A stretch of 64,000 nt of DNA, taken from Vitrella brassicaformis CCMP3155. Taxonomy: Eukaryota > Protista > Chromerida. Position 1 is the first letter of the stretch. The number at the start of each line of letters is the position of its first letter. The DNA is taken from NCBI GenBank assembly GCA_001179505.1, contig CDMY01000954.1, forward strand, positions 1 through 64,000, written 5' to 3'. Below, piece after piece: positions 24,101 to 36,900 of this stretch. The notes under the pieces were generated by a model. The model saw only the letters and a list, made by a program, of their open reading frames with translations. It was not told the origin of the DNA and did not search any database. The position numbers and the translations under genes were made by a program.

Positions 24101-27100
24101 GCGCGTGCCTGCTGCTCGCTCTCGTGCGGGGCCGGCCGGCCCTTCTCGAAGATGAACTTGGCCATCAACGACGACTGTACCGTACCACGATGCGATGCAT
24201 GTGTGTGCACGCGTGTGTGCGTGTGTGTGTCAGTTGTGTGTGTCTTACGGCCTTGTCGGCGACGGATGTGACGTCCACGTTGGCCAGACTCTTCTTGGGT
24301 GGACGGGAGCCCGTCACTGCCAGCACGACATATGATGCACGTCATCGATGTGTTGGGTGTGATGTGGTGTGGATATGGCCACTTGACGCCGTCCCCTGCT
24401 GACTTAGACTTACTTTCGGTGACAGCGGATTCGAGAAGGCTGAGTAGGTGGTCTTTGGCGAGCTGCCCGTGGATGGTGGGCACCGACACGTAGTCAAACA
24501 CGTTGATGTCAGAGATGCGCTCACTGACGAAACACAAGAGCACACACACATACACACATACACAGGGGCTGTGCTGTTCGTGGGTACTTGTGGTGGTGTG
24601 GTGTGGTGTGGTGTGGTGTGTCGCACATACCATCCATGTATCTGACCTGATGACGTCGAAGTATTTGGCTACGGCCTGCCGCACCTTGGGCGAGGTGTCG
24701 CAGATGGGCTTGAAACGCTCCAAATCCTTCAAGATGTCCTTCTGAACAAACCATGGATAAATGGATGGATGCGTTCGCCGTGCCTGCCTGCCTGCCTGCC
24801 CGTCCAGTCCAGTCCGGCCCCACCTCACTTACCACGTAGATGTGCGTCATGGGCTGCTCCAACAGCTCGCTGACACACACACACACACACGAGAGAGGTC
24901 TGCCGCTGTCTGTGTGTGGCGCGAGTGAATGCCCACTGACCTGAGGCCCTCGTAGACCGAGGCGCGGACAGCCGTCGAGTTGAGATCCACAGCTGCATTG
25001 ACAACCGCACACAGACATTGATGTGAATCTGCGCTGCGCTGCGCCTGGATGTGCGGCCCCTGGCTGGCTGGCTGGCTGACCGCATCTGAGTACGAGTTTG
25101 ACCAGTTTGTTCTGGTACTCCGGGGTGAACACCTGCCAGGCCTCAGACATGTTCTGCCACACGGCACACACACATTGAATGCAATCTATGTATGTGTGTG
25201 TGTGCCACGGTCGCCGACTATGCTCCCCCGCTGTGTGCGTGTGTGTGTGTGGTTACTTTGCACACGCCTCGTATGGCGGCCCGCCTGACGCCCTCGCTGT
25301 CGTCGGTGAGTCCGTCCTCGTATATCTGGTAGTGCTTGAGCTTCTCGTCCTCCAAATCAGACACCGTCATGGCATGCGGACGCTGAACGAACCGACCCAA
25401 CCGACCAGTGGATGCGCACAGAGAGAGGGGTGGTTACACACAGTCGGCGTACCAGCAGTGGGAATGCGGCGGCCAGCAGCAAGAAGGCGTTGCTTCGGAC
25501 CTTCCAATTCGCTACCTGATCGGTGATCGACACACAGACAGACAGACAGAAATATACATCCGTGACGCCCCGGCCTCTATCTGTCAAGACACCCACACCA
25601 GCCACCCAGGCACTGACCTTGAAGCTGCGCCACAGGATGGGCTCATAGAGGCGACACAGCATGTCCAAACAGTCGTGGTGGCTGACATGCGGGAGGGAGG
25701 GAGGGAGGGTGGGTGGGCGGGGCACACAACACACACACACACCCCTTGCATCGCATCAAGGCACATACATGGATTGAGTGGCTGTGCTGGCTGACCCCTT
25801 CATTTTGTCGTGGAATGTCTGGAGGACCTTCCTGCACTTGGTCGCCACCTTGAGGTCGCACCACAACGCGCACTCCATCAGGTCCTGCAGGCCACGCCGT
25901 CACCCACCCCACACATGACCATGGACATGTGTGCATGTCGGTTCTGACCTGCACGGCGTCCTCGATGGCCAGCTTGATCTCCTCATCCGTACAGTCACCC
26001 TGGACGGTCGGCATACACACGTGTAATCAACGAAGACACCAGACACATGATATCGCCTCACCCTCCCAGGCCCTCACTCACCCAGGCTTTGTGCAGTATG
26101 TTTGCGTAGTGCTTGAGGTGGTCCTCGCGGCACTCCCGCACCTCATTCTTGATGTAGTTCTTCATGTACTGCAGTGGGATTAAAGGGATCGACACACACA
26201 CACACCACACATACACACCACATACACGAAGGCGTCAGGTGGGTGTGGTGTTGTGGGTGGGCTGCATGTGTGTGGTGTGGGCATATACGTCGAGTAGATA
26301 GAGGGGCATGGACTCGTGGAGGTGGAACAGACGCGATATGAAATTGCGACCGTACGCTCTGCATGACAAACAACGTAGCACAGCTCGCGAGTGGCCCTCT
26401 GTGTGTGTATGTGTGTGTATGTGTGTCGCCCTGGTACACGGAGAAGAAGATGGGCGTCATGGCGCACTGTCCGAGCAGCTGCTTGACCAGCTCGTTGGCG
26501 CCCCCGTCATACACCAACTCGTTCAGCAAATCCCTGACCACACACACGCACACACACACACACACAGAGAGAGAGAGGGGGGGAGGGGGGGTGGCAGTCG
26601 GTGTGCACACATGTTGCGCTGCCCCTCCCTCCCTCCCTTTCTCCCTTCCCACCACTGCTCGCTCAGCCGCTTGACATCAGCCTGTGTGGCCTGCACGCAA
26701 AGGGCGGGAGGGAGGACAAAGACAGACAGACAGACAAACCATCCAGTTGTCCGTTCTCACAACCACCCATCCCTCCATCCCTTTCTCTCTCCTTCTCTCT
26801 CTTGCTCAGTCAGTCAGTGGGTCACTTTGATGCTGGTGGCCTTTGTGAGCAGGAAGAGCAGCAGGCCGCCCTGCACGGACTCGCAGCCCTCAAACCCCTC
26901 ACTACACAGCCGCTCGTACGCCATACCGATCTGCTCACGGGGGCGTCCCAACGGCAGCAGGTTGAAGAAACCTGCATGCCATGCATCAATCAGCACACGT
27001 CACGAACAGAACAGACAGATGGTAAGTGCGTCTTCTATTGTACTTTGGCAGGCGTCTGCGGTTTGCAGCAGGCCTTCAGGCGCGCTCTTGACCTCCTGCT

Positions 27101-27595
27101 GCTGCTGCTGGTCACCATCCCCCCGTGCGTGTGCGTGCTGGCTGGCGAGTGCCTCCACGGAGGAGATGAGCAACAGGGCATAGTTCTCCAACACACGACG
27201 AGCATCATCACTCTGATCAACACAATACAACACATCACCATGAGTGCATTCGCAGCTGCTGAGTCTATATCTCCTCTCCCGTATTGGCTCACCAGGTACT
27301 CTCCCTGGTCCGATACGATGTTTTGGCTATGCAGCTCCGGCCCGACCACATCAGCCACGGTCACCCACAGGGCGTCGTGCTCATCGTACGGCAGATCTCT
27401 CAACTCACCAACCAGATCCTCCTGAACCACCCATCCACATCACAGCCACACACACATGCGCCATCCGCAGAGGGTGCGAGCCGGAAGTGGGATGCGTACC
27501 TTTGTCCCTTTGGCCTCTACGAAGGCATTGAACGAGGGGATGTCGTCGAAGGAGGCGGGAGGCGCCTCCTCAGGTTCATCTTTCCTCTTGGGCAT
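20849..27595 (-). CDS. NCAPG2: Condensin II complex subunit G2 (HEAT-repeat), about 30 exons
   Basis: CAP-G2-like blocks: CRLYEPILWRSFKVANWKVRSNAFLLLAAAFPL, YEDGLTDDSEGVRRAAIRGVCK, LNSTAVRASVYEGLR, ELLEQPMTH. Start MPKRKDEPEE at 27595, acidic tail, TAA at 20849-20851. Confidence 0.85.
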
Positions 27596-27951
27596 TTCTG
27601 ACGGGGTCCTGCGTTTACTTGCATGCATCATGCATCATGAGGGTGGCCCCCACCTTCTGCAGTCTTACAACCGCCGCATTGCAACAGCTTCTCTTGAGCT
27701 CACAGCTTGCTTCCCCGCGCTCCCCGTTTCAGCACCTTTCTCATCAGCACCGCTCACTCACTGCACTTTGCAGAGAGCCCCTCTGACCAACGCCATCAAC
27801 CAACGCCATCAATCCTCAACGCCAGTCATCAGTCATCATCATGACGTGGGAGAGCATCCTGCTTACAATGGGGGGGTGGTTCATTGTGTGGCTCGTCAGC
27901 CAGTACACCTTCCCTCCCAGAGGGCAAGACTGACTCTACCGACAACCAGCC

Positions 27952-30900
27952 ATGAGGCGACGACGCTTCAGAGCGCTGACCCTCCCGCTGGCTGCATTTC
28001 TCGTCATCTTGCTACTTGTTCTCGATGGTGCGGTGTGCGAGATGGGTTCGGCGGAGCAGCCGCGGACGGTCCCGCCCACGAGTGTCTTCGGCGAGGGCTG
28101 CACTGTGTTGGGGGCGGAGGTGTTCACCCTCTTGGTGCCGCCGCCCACCCGGACGTCAGGCAGCACATTGCCGTACACCTGGGAGGATAAGTCGCTTGGC
28201 AAGATGAAGAAGCTCTTCGATGGAGAGGGCCACCCACCCTCACTCGTCGTCAGGTACGCATTATTATTCCATGGATTGGATTGTCCACCCACCCACGGTC
28301 GACTCCGTTGTAGCATGCATCCCATAAGCTTCTTGTCGCTCGTCTGGCTTGGTTTGGTGCAGGGATGACCCTCTTGCGGGCCAAGTCATGTATCTCAGGT
28401 TCAACCACGGCAAGTACTTCTCGGCTCCAAAGACACAGGCCGGCCGGCTGTGCGTCCCGCTGCTCGACGGCGGCAGCGGCTCATTCACCCTCTTCTTCCA
28501 CCTGGCCATCAACACACCGCCCCAGCCAGGCGAAGTGCAGACCATCCTCGACGGGCCGCCGGGCTTCCGTATCGGCTTCATGGCGGCATATGACCAGGAC
28601 GGCGATCCCGACCCTGACACGGTGTACTTCGGCCTCCTCCCTGACGAGCGGGAAATCGACATATACACACCGAAGAGATACAGCCCGGATGAGGGCAAAA
28701 ACACCACACAGGGAGAGGAGGGGGCGGCTTTCTTGGAGATGGCGCACAATGCCTCGTACGTGGCGCCGCTGACGATGGTGCCCATGTGTTGGCGGCAGCC
28801 GCAGGGGAACCTGTATGCCATGGCGGTTGAGCTGGGCATCTTTCGCCTGTACCGCATGGGGCTGTCACTGACGAAGGAGCCGCTGTCGATGGAGTCACGC
28901 ACGTGGATGGGGCTGCAGGCCGGGCCATCCACCATGAGTCTCGGCTGCGATAAGAACGGACAAAAGTGCTTCAAAGGTGGCTGGGTTGAGAGATGGGCAC
29001 ACACACACATAGATAGAGACACCTCCGCTGTGCTGTGGGCATCGCCTCGGTCTGTGCCTGTGTGTAGGTGTGATGCGTCTCTTCCATTACAGTAACAAGG
29101 GCCACCTGGGCAGCTCCACTGAGGATGCCGCAGCCAACTTCTTCGACCTGCTCTGTGAGCCCCCCCCCCTCCACACACACACACAGAGACATTTGTGTGC
29201 CTGCCATGTCTGCCTGTCTGTTTGTCTGTCTGTCTGTGTGTCTGTCTGTCAGCGTTGCGGAGTTTCTGTGGCAATGGCAAGGTCGACGGCGGCACTGAAG
29301 AGTGTGACGTACAGGCCACGCCGGACACATGCAGCTGCTCGTGCAGACGTAAGGAGCCAACCGTATTTATGCACACAGAGCCTGACTGACACGACACAAC
29401 CACCAAAGTCATTCTCTCTCCCCTCCCCCCGCTCATGCAGTCAAGTGCCCCCCATACGTCAACCAGCTGACGGCTGACGACACCGCCCACCGCTACCTCG
29501 CCTCCCTCCCCGACGTCCCCGGCAGCCCCACCGCCGAGAAGTACCTCCACCGGGGGTTCGAGCATTCCACCAGACTCATGCTCACATGCCGCAATGCCGG
29601 CGGGGCGGCCAATGTGACTGAGCCCAGCTACCATGGCGACGTGACCGAGGGGCGAGACATGGTGCTCTGCGGAAATGAGCGGTCCGGACAGTGGACGCAG
29701 CGGACCATGGACTGCCTACGTAATCCATCGAGGCACACACAAATGGATGAATGGATGGATGGCGGGGCCGCATGGGTGTGGGTTGATTTGATTTGATTTG
29801 ATTTGATTTGTGTGCAGAGGACTGCGACCCAGTTCGAGAGAAGTGGTGGAACATGAGTGACGTCGGTGGCGGCAGCACCTACCGCCTGGAGCAGCCCAAG
29901 CGACCCACCCGCATCCACAGCGGGGAGGAGGTCCGTATCGCTTGCAACCCAGACCTGCCCACACGACGAGGCGCGCCCACGCAGGAGGTCCTCTCTTGCT
30001 TCGACGGATACATCGACCCACTGGGCCTGCCCTGCAAACCCACCTGCCCCCGAGACATCATGATGCCACCGTCATTCAGCAAACAGCTCAACAACCACTA
30101 CTCTGTGGAGGGCGAGGGATACCAGGAGGGGTCCAAGCGGGTTCTGACCTGCAGGGACGGGTATGCGCCGCCGGTTGGGACGCCATTTCTCAATGGCCGG
30201 CAGGAGATCGACTGCTACGATGGGGAATGGCAGAAGGTCCTTCTCGAATGCAGAGGTACGTACGTGTCTGTATCTGGCAAGGGAGTGTTCCTCTACCTCC
30301 TTCATCTCTGTCTGTCTGTCGCCACCCGGCATTTCTGTCACTGACCTCACCTGCCCTGGTCATCAGGTATGTGTTCGCCCTTCAAGCTGCCCACCGAGAC
30401 AGCCCATCGGTACCACACGGACCCCCCACTCGGCCAAGAGGAGCGCCGGTCAGGCGCTACCGTACAGGTGTGGTGTCTGGACCAGTACCAGGTGCCCGAG
30501 GGGCAGCACCAGCCACAGACGGTCGAGTGCACCTGCTACGGCGACCCCGACCAGTGCGAGACCGACGACGACCTCTGGCAGTGGTCCAGCTTCCACCTCG
30601 AGTGTGCCGGAAGCTGCCAACCCTACCAGCCCCCCGAGCCCGGCGTCAGGGTGCAGTACTTTAACGCTGAGGGCAATGTGCCCAAGCAGGTCGAGTACGG
30701 TGCGGAGATTCAGCTGTCGTGCGACGAGAGGCAGGGGTGGCGCACCATGGTGAGTGCCGACAAGGACACGGAAGTCCTCAAGTGTGTGGGCGACCAATAC
30801 ACTATCAAATCCCTCGTCTGCTACGGTCGGTGAGAGGCAGAGACACACAGACTTACAGACTCACAGACAAGACAGACTTACCGTACCGTGGTTTGCAGGT

Positions 30901-33900
30901 GTGTGCACTGGCGAGCCCGACATCCCCGAGCAGGGCGTGGCAGTGCAGGTGACAGGCGACGTGGCGGCGCCCTACCGGCACGGCACCACCCGTGTGCTGA
31001 GCTGCATGACGGGCTACTCCATAGAGGACGAGACCAACATGCCCATCAAAGACCTGCTCCTATGCAGCAACGGACAGTGGACGGAGCGACAACTCGCCTG
31101 CAGAGGTCTGCCTGGTCTATCCCACCCACCATCCCACCCACCCACATCTCTCTGTCGTCTGTCTGTTTGTGCAGCTGATTGCCCGCGTCCGCCGCACTTC
31201 CCCGATGAGTGGTACATGACCAAGCCCCTCAGCCAGGCCGACCTGGCCGCCAAGGCCGTCCATCGCCACGGTGAGAAAATCACCGTCGTCTGCCGCGAGA
31301 CGGGCATGGAGCAGGTGCTCAGCTGCCTTGACGGAAAATGGACTGAGCTTGCCCTGCCTTGCGCAAGTGAGTGCAATACCATCATGAGCAGACCGAACCT
31401 TACACACAATGTATGTATGTATGTGTTTGCCTGTCCTGTCTGCCACACTGTCAGAGAGGTGCCCCGTGCTTACGTTGCAGACGCCCCCTCTACGGAAAGG
31501 GGAGGCGACCTTCAGTGCGAATGACGTCTACGTTGTGGAGCCCAAGATCGCCCTGTCGGCCCAGATGGAGCACGCCAGCATCGTGACGTTACGGTGCAAC
31601 AGGCAGAACGGCTTCCACAGCGTCAGCGGGGGCGACGTGGACTTCCTGGCATGCAACAACGGCAAATGGTCCCTCCAGATGCTCGTCTGCGGACGTAAGT
31701 GGCACATCGGCACATCACCCCACGCACACATAACACGAACCTCTCCCTCCCTCCCTCCCTCCCTGAATCTGTCTCACCACATAGGAGACTGCACCCAGGT
31801 ACCAGCATACCTCCTGGGCGAGCGGTACGTCATCACCGCCGTCGCCCGACGCGCCTCATCGCTCGACCCCAATCACTTCCCCCAGGTGCGTGCCCTCGAG
31901 AACACCGAGGCGGCCGAGGTGGTGGTGACAGACAAAGGGCCCCTGGGAGACCTCGTCAACGCGGCCTCACACCCACACGGCACCAGGGTGCGGGTGCAGT
32001 GCAATGTGGCAGACAATTATGTGCCGCAGAAGGGCACCGCCGCAGAAGTGGCCAGGGAGGAGGAAATCACCTGCGATCGGGTGATGTACTCTGACCTGCC
32101 CATGAGATGCAACGGTCAGGCAGCCAGCCAACAGCATCAATCACACGCAGCGCAGCCATCCCATCCGCCCTCTGCTCATGGGGTGTCTCTCCCCTCCTTG
32201 CCTGTCTCGCAGGGCCCTGTGGTCGCTTCCCGTCGCTGCCTCACCAGGAGCTGTATCCGCTGCGGCCGTTGCCGGAGGGCGAGCTGGACGAGCCGCAGCA
32301 TCAGTGGCACGGCACACAAGTGGAGGTCAGGTGCGACCGATCCCGCGGGGCCACAGCCACACCAGCCGCCTTCGAGGGGTCTGTTTCCGTCTGCTCTAAC
32401 GGCACCTGGAGCCCCTTCCCGCCACTCGTCACATGCAACAGTCAGTAATCGAGCCAGCCGGACACGCAGACGATACATATGCAGCCTCCCTCCCCATTTG
32501 TGTGTCTGTCTGTCTGTCTGTGTGTCTTTGTGTGTAGTTCCATGCGATAAGTATGTGCTCGGTGAGGGCATAACGGTAGTTGGGTTTGTGCCCGACCCCC
32601 CGGTGCCGCACCGCACAGAGATCAAGGTGCGGTGCGAGACGGAGGTCGGATACTACAACCTCACGGGGGAGAACCCCGTCGCCACAGTCATGTGCACCAA
32701 CGGCAACTACACCGCACCGATACCAGAGCTCTTCTGCCGCAGTGAGGGAGCACACCGGAGAGAGACACCAATAGGAGGAGAGGAGACACGCAGAACAGAC
32801 ACGCCAAACAACAGACCGACCGTTGCCGTGTGTCTGACGTGACGCATGCATGTGTCTGTCTGTCAGGGCAGTGCAAGGACTTGAAGGCGGTAGTTGATGC
32901 GGTGCGTTACGGCTACACTGTAGTGGAGTCCCTCGACATGATGGACAACCAGATGGCCTGCTCGGGCGACTCGGTCGACCCATTCCGCCTGGAGAAGGCC
33001 ACAGATGCCAACCTGGCTCTAAGCGCCTACCCCAGACACGGAAGCTGCGTCAAGNNNNNNNNNNNNNNNNNNNNNNNNNNNNNNNNNNNNNNNNNNNNNN
33101 NNNNNNNNNNNNNNNNNNNNNNNNNNNNNNNNNNNNNNNNNNNNNNNNNNNNNNNNNNNNNNNNNNNNNNNNNNNNNNNNNNNNNNNNNNNNNNNNNNNN
33201 NNNNNNNNNNNNNNNNNNNNNNNNNNNNNNNNNNNNNNNNNNNNNNNNNNNNNNNNNNNNNNNNNNNNNNNNNNNNNNNNNNNNNNNNNNNNNNNNNNNN
33301 NNNNNNNNNNNNNNNNNNNNNNNNNNNNNNNNNNNNNNNNNNNNNNNNNNNNNNGGTGGGTCAGTCAGCAAACATGGCGACTGAGGCGCCTGAGTGAGTG
33401 AGTTGCAGGGATGTACCTGTCTGTATGTCTGTCTGTCTGTCTGTCTGTGTGTCAGTTGTATGAAGGCTTACAGTCCCGATGTGGATTCGTCATATTGGCG
33501 CAAAGTGGGGTGTGGCGACCCACGTGAGGGACCCAACTCGTGGAAGGAGGCCTATGGCGTGCCGGAATGCGACACACTCAGATGCGTCAACGGCATCTGG
33601 ACGCCACCTTCATTCAATTGCAGAGGTACGCGGGCACACCACAGCACAGCACAGCAGAGCACAGCAGCCTCATCTCTCTCTGTGTGCACACCTGTCTGTG
33701 TATGTGTGTCTGTGTGTGTGTGTGTGTGTGTGTCTCGGTGTCTCATCAGCTGACTGTCCGAATCCGTTCAAGAAGGAGCGGCCAATGGGAGTGACGTTTG
33801 TCGACATTACCCAGGACAAACCCTACTACCATGAGGGGGAACAGATACACATCACATGCAAACGTACCCCACGCCGAAACAGACAGACCTCTAAAGGCAT

Positions 33901-36900
33901 CGGCCGACCCATGACTTGACTGTGAGCATCATGTCTCTCTGTGGGGTGTGTGTGTATGTGTGTGTGTGATGGGTGCACTGCAGTGGGCGACAATCCATTT
34001 GTGAGCTACACGGCCATCTCCCCCGCCCGCCCCTCAGCCGTCGAGACACTCACGTGTGACGACGGCTACTTCCCATACCTCGCTCTGAGATGCCGCAGTA
34101 AGCCTGCACACAAAGTCCCTTCCTCTGTCCATAGTCCTTGTGCCATTCATTAATGCGCCCGCCCATACCTTCAGGGCGTTGTGAGCCATACGTGTCCCCG
34201 TATGGGTCAGCGGGTCATGTGGTGACGCACACGCGTCCAGCGTCCGACACCAACGTGGACGATATAGCGCGTGCCTACCAGGACCGGCCGAGTGAGATGG
34301 AGTCTCAGCTGCATGCAGTGCTGGTGCACTTCAACCACAAGTCACGGAGGTACATCGAGTGCGCCGAGCGGTGGAGCGACCCCGACTGGCACGGCAGCCA
34401 GGGAGACCTCGTCGAGTGCCAGGAGGGCAAGTGGACCAGACAGGAAATTCGATGCAGAAGTGAGTACGGACGGCATCGAATAAATGAGATGGATCATCTC
34501 ACCACCAACACCCATACCGTCCCCGCGTCGCGTGTCCCTCCTCCCTGTGTGTCAGAGCAATGCCCGTCCGTGGCCTTCTACAGCCTCGACCCCACTCGCT
34601 ATAAGGTCACCTACGTGGGCCGCGATCAAGTAGAGGAGGCCATGGCGGCCAGGCCCCTGCCCCCCTCGGCTACTCCCCCCCTGTACCCCTCCCACCCCCT
34701 CGGGGATGTCCTGGTGCGGGATCCCAGCAACTAGTATGACGACGGTGACCAGGTCAATGTCGAGTGTGTCAATAGCGACTATGCCGGGGAGATTGAGAAG
34801 ATGGAGGCTGACGGGCTGCTCGAGTACCCCTTCTGCACCAAGGAGAACAAGATTTGCATTGTCCGCTGCACAGCCGGCACCTGGACCGAGCTTGGGGTGG
34901 CATGCTTCGGTCAGTGAGCGAGACACAGAGAGATAGCGACTGTGTGTGTGTACGTTTGTATTGTGGAGGCGTGCATGTGTGTGTGCAGCACGGTGCCCAG
35001 TGTTCGTGCCGCCTCAGAGCGACCGAATGGAGTGCGACCCGCCGATGTTCTGCAAAGACCCCAAAGACCTCACCGAGGTAAGTAGTGAGTATCCATCCCC
35101 AAGTAAATTGGTATGTCTCACTGTGTGTGTCTTCTCTCTGTGTGTGTGTAGGATGAGCGAGTGAGCCGCTACTACGTGGCGCCCGACAATGACACTGACG
35201 CCGCCGGGGCCACCACCACCACCGCCAGTAGCACCACCAATGTGTTCCGTCACGGGTCTGCGTTGCGGCTGTCGTGCAAGAAAGAGTACCAGCCTCACCC
35301 CTGGCCGCAGGAGGAGGAAATCAAGTGCCGCGACGGGCGCTGGTCCATCCCCACACTCGAATGCTACAGTAAGCTAAGCAGACCCTGATCTTCCCCATAC
35401 AGACAGACAAGGATGGGGGCATGGATGCGTGTGGATCCCCCCTCGTATGTCCATCAGCACCGTGTCGCGAGGAGCTGGATCTGGGCAAGATGCGCCCTTA
35501 CGAAGATGTTCAGTTGTATCAGACGGCGGAGGCGAGCGACAACCCCGTGACGGAGGCCGAGCAGTACCAGTCGCTCAAGACGGAGTACAAGGCCCTCCCC
35601 AGCGACCCACACAGTGTGCGGTCGTCCACAGACAAGGACAAGCTGCCGGTGCCTGACAAGAGCGAGAGCAAGGCCCTCTACATGCACGGCTTCCGCTACG
35701 TGGTGCGATGCAACCCCGAGTCAGACGCCACCGCCATCATCAAGCAGCCCTATGACTTCGCCACTTGCTGGGACGGAGAGTGGACGGACACTTCAATCAT
35801 GTGCAGAAGTAAGTGGGGGAGGGGGGGATGTCTTCCTTCCTCAGGCACGCGCCTTCTGTCTGTGTGAGCATGAGTGGGTTTGTCATGTGCGTCTCTGCAG
35901 AGAGCTGTGGCGACCCTTACAAGGTGTTCGCAGCGATCCACGAGGTGACGTCCAACTATGTGATCGAGACGAGCGGCACGACCCACAACAGCATCGCACA
36001 CGTCACCTGCGCCGACGGATTCAGCCCGGCGGCCGGCAGAGAGCCGGAGAGGATCGAGTGCAACGACGGACAGTGGTGGACACCCACACTCAGATGCAAC
36101 CGTACGTAAGGCCACAGGCAGATGCACACTCACAGACACGCAGACTGAGTACATACATAATCTCGGTGCCTTGGTTGACGTCTTAATTAATGACAGGTAA
36201 CTGTCCCGAGTATTACGAGTATGCGAAGGATGCCGACCCTGACGTGTTAGACGACACGCGGTACGTCAAGCAGGGCTACTCTGGCAACACCAACGCTGGC
36301 AGCTCCTTCAATCTCACCTGCGGACCGTTCCACACAGCGGTGAGCTGAGCTGCGATTGATTGATTGCACGCAGCCGCCCACGCATACAGCTGGTATGTAT
36401 GTATGTGCCGCCTCCCTACCTCCCACCCCACCTACCCACCCACAGGGTCAGCTGGACAATCTCCCCGGTGGGCATCGCGGTCCCAAAGTCCGGCAGGAGA
36501 TCACATGCCTCGACGGCAAGTGGACGGCGCGGCTCCTACACTGCTTCCGTAACCACACACACAGACACGCAGGCACACACATACATACACGGCCATGTAA
36601 TGTACGTGGCTGGCCCTATCTATATCTATGTCTATCTTGCCTCCCTTGTCACTCACTCATTCCCTCACCGCCTGCCCTGCAGACAACTGCCCCGAGTTCG
36701 CCCCTGAGAACCCCCTGGACACGGACACCCTTTTCGGCTCGGGCTACATAGTGGAGGGGGTGGAGGTGAGAGACGTGAGGGACGACCAGCGGTTCAGCGC
36801 CGAGGGGGAGCTTCACATCCAGCACGGCGCCACGCGCAAGATCAAGTGCTGTGTGGCGGGGCAGAAGCTACGCCAGGGGCCGGACCCAGCCCTCGAGAGC

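Noticed and set aside
27620-27627. TGCATGCA (known apicomplexan ApiAP2 site), also at 51413-51420
   Set aside because: TGCATG-type words are abundant in introns throughout the window, so two promoter-proximal copies are not distinguishable from background.
28264-29634. Long antisense ORFs in the track (e.g. 456 aa at 28264-29634, 441 aa at 17753-19078, 415 aa at 37217-38464)
   Set aside because: They are shadows of GC-rich exons, or run through microsatellite introns and N gaps (poly-CV/HT/TD tracts), with no independent domain signal.
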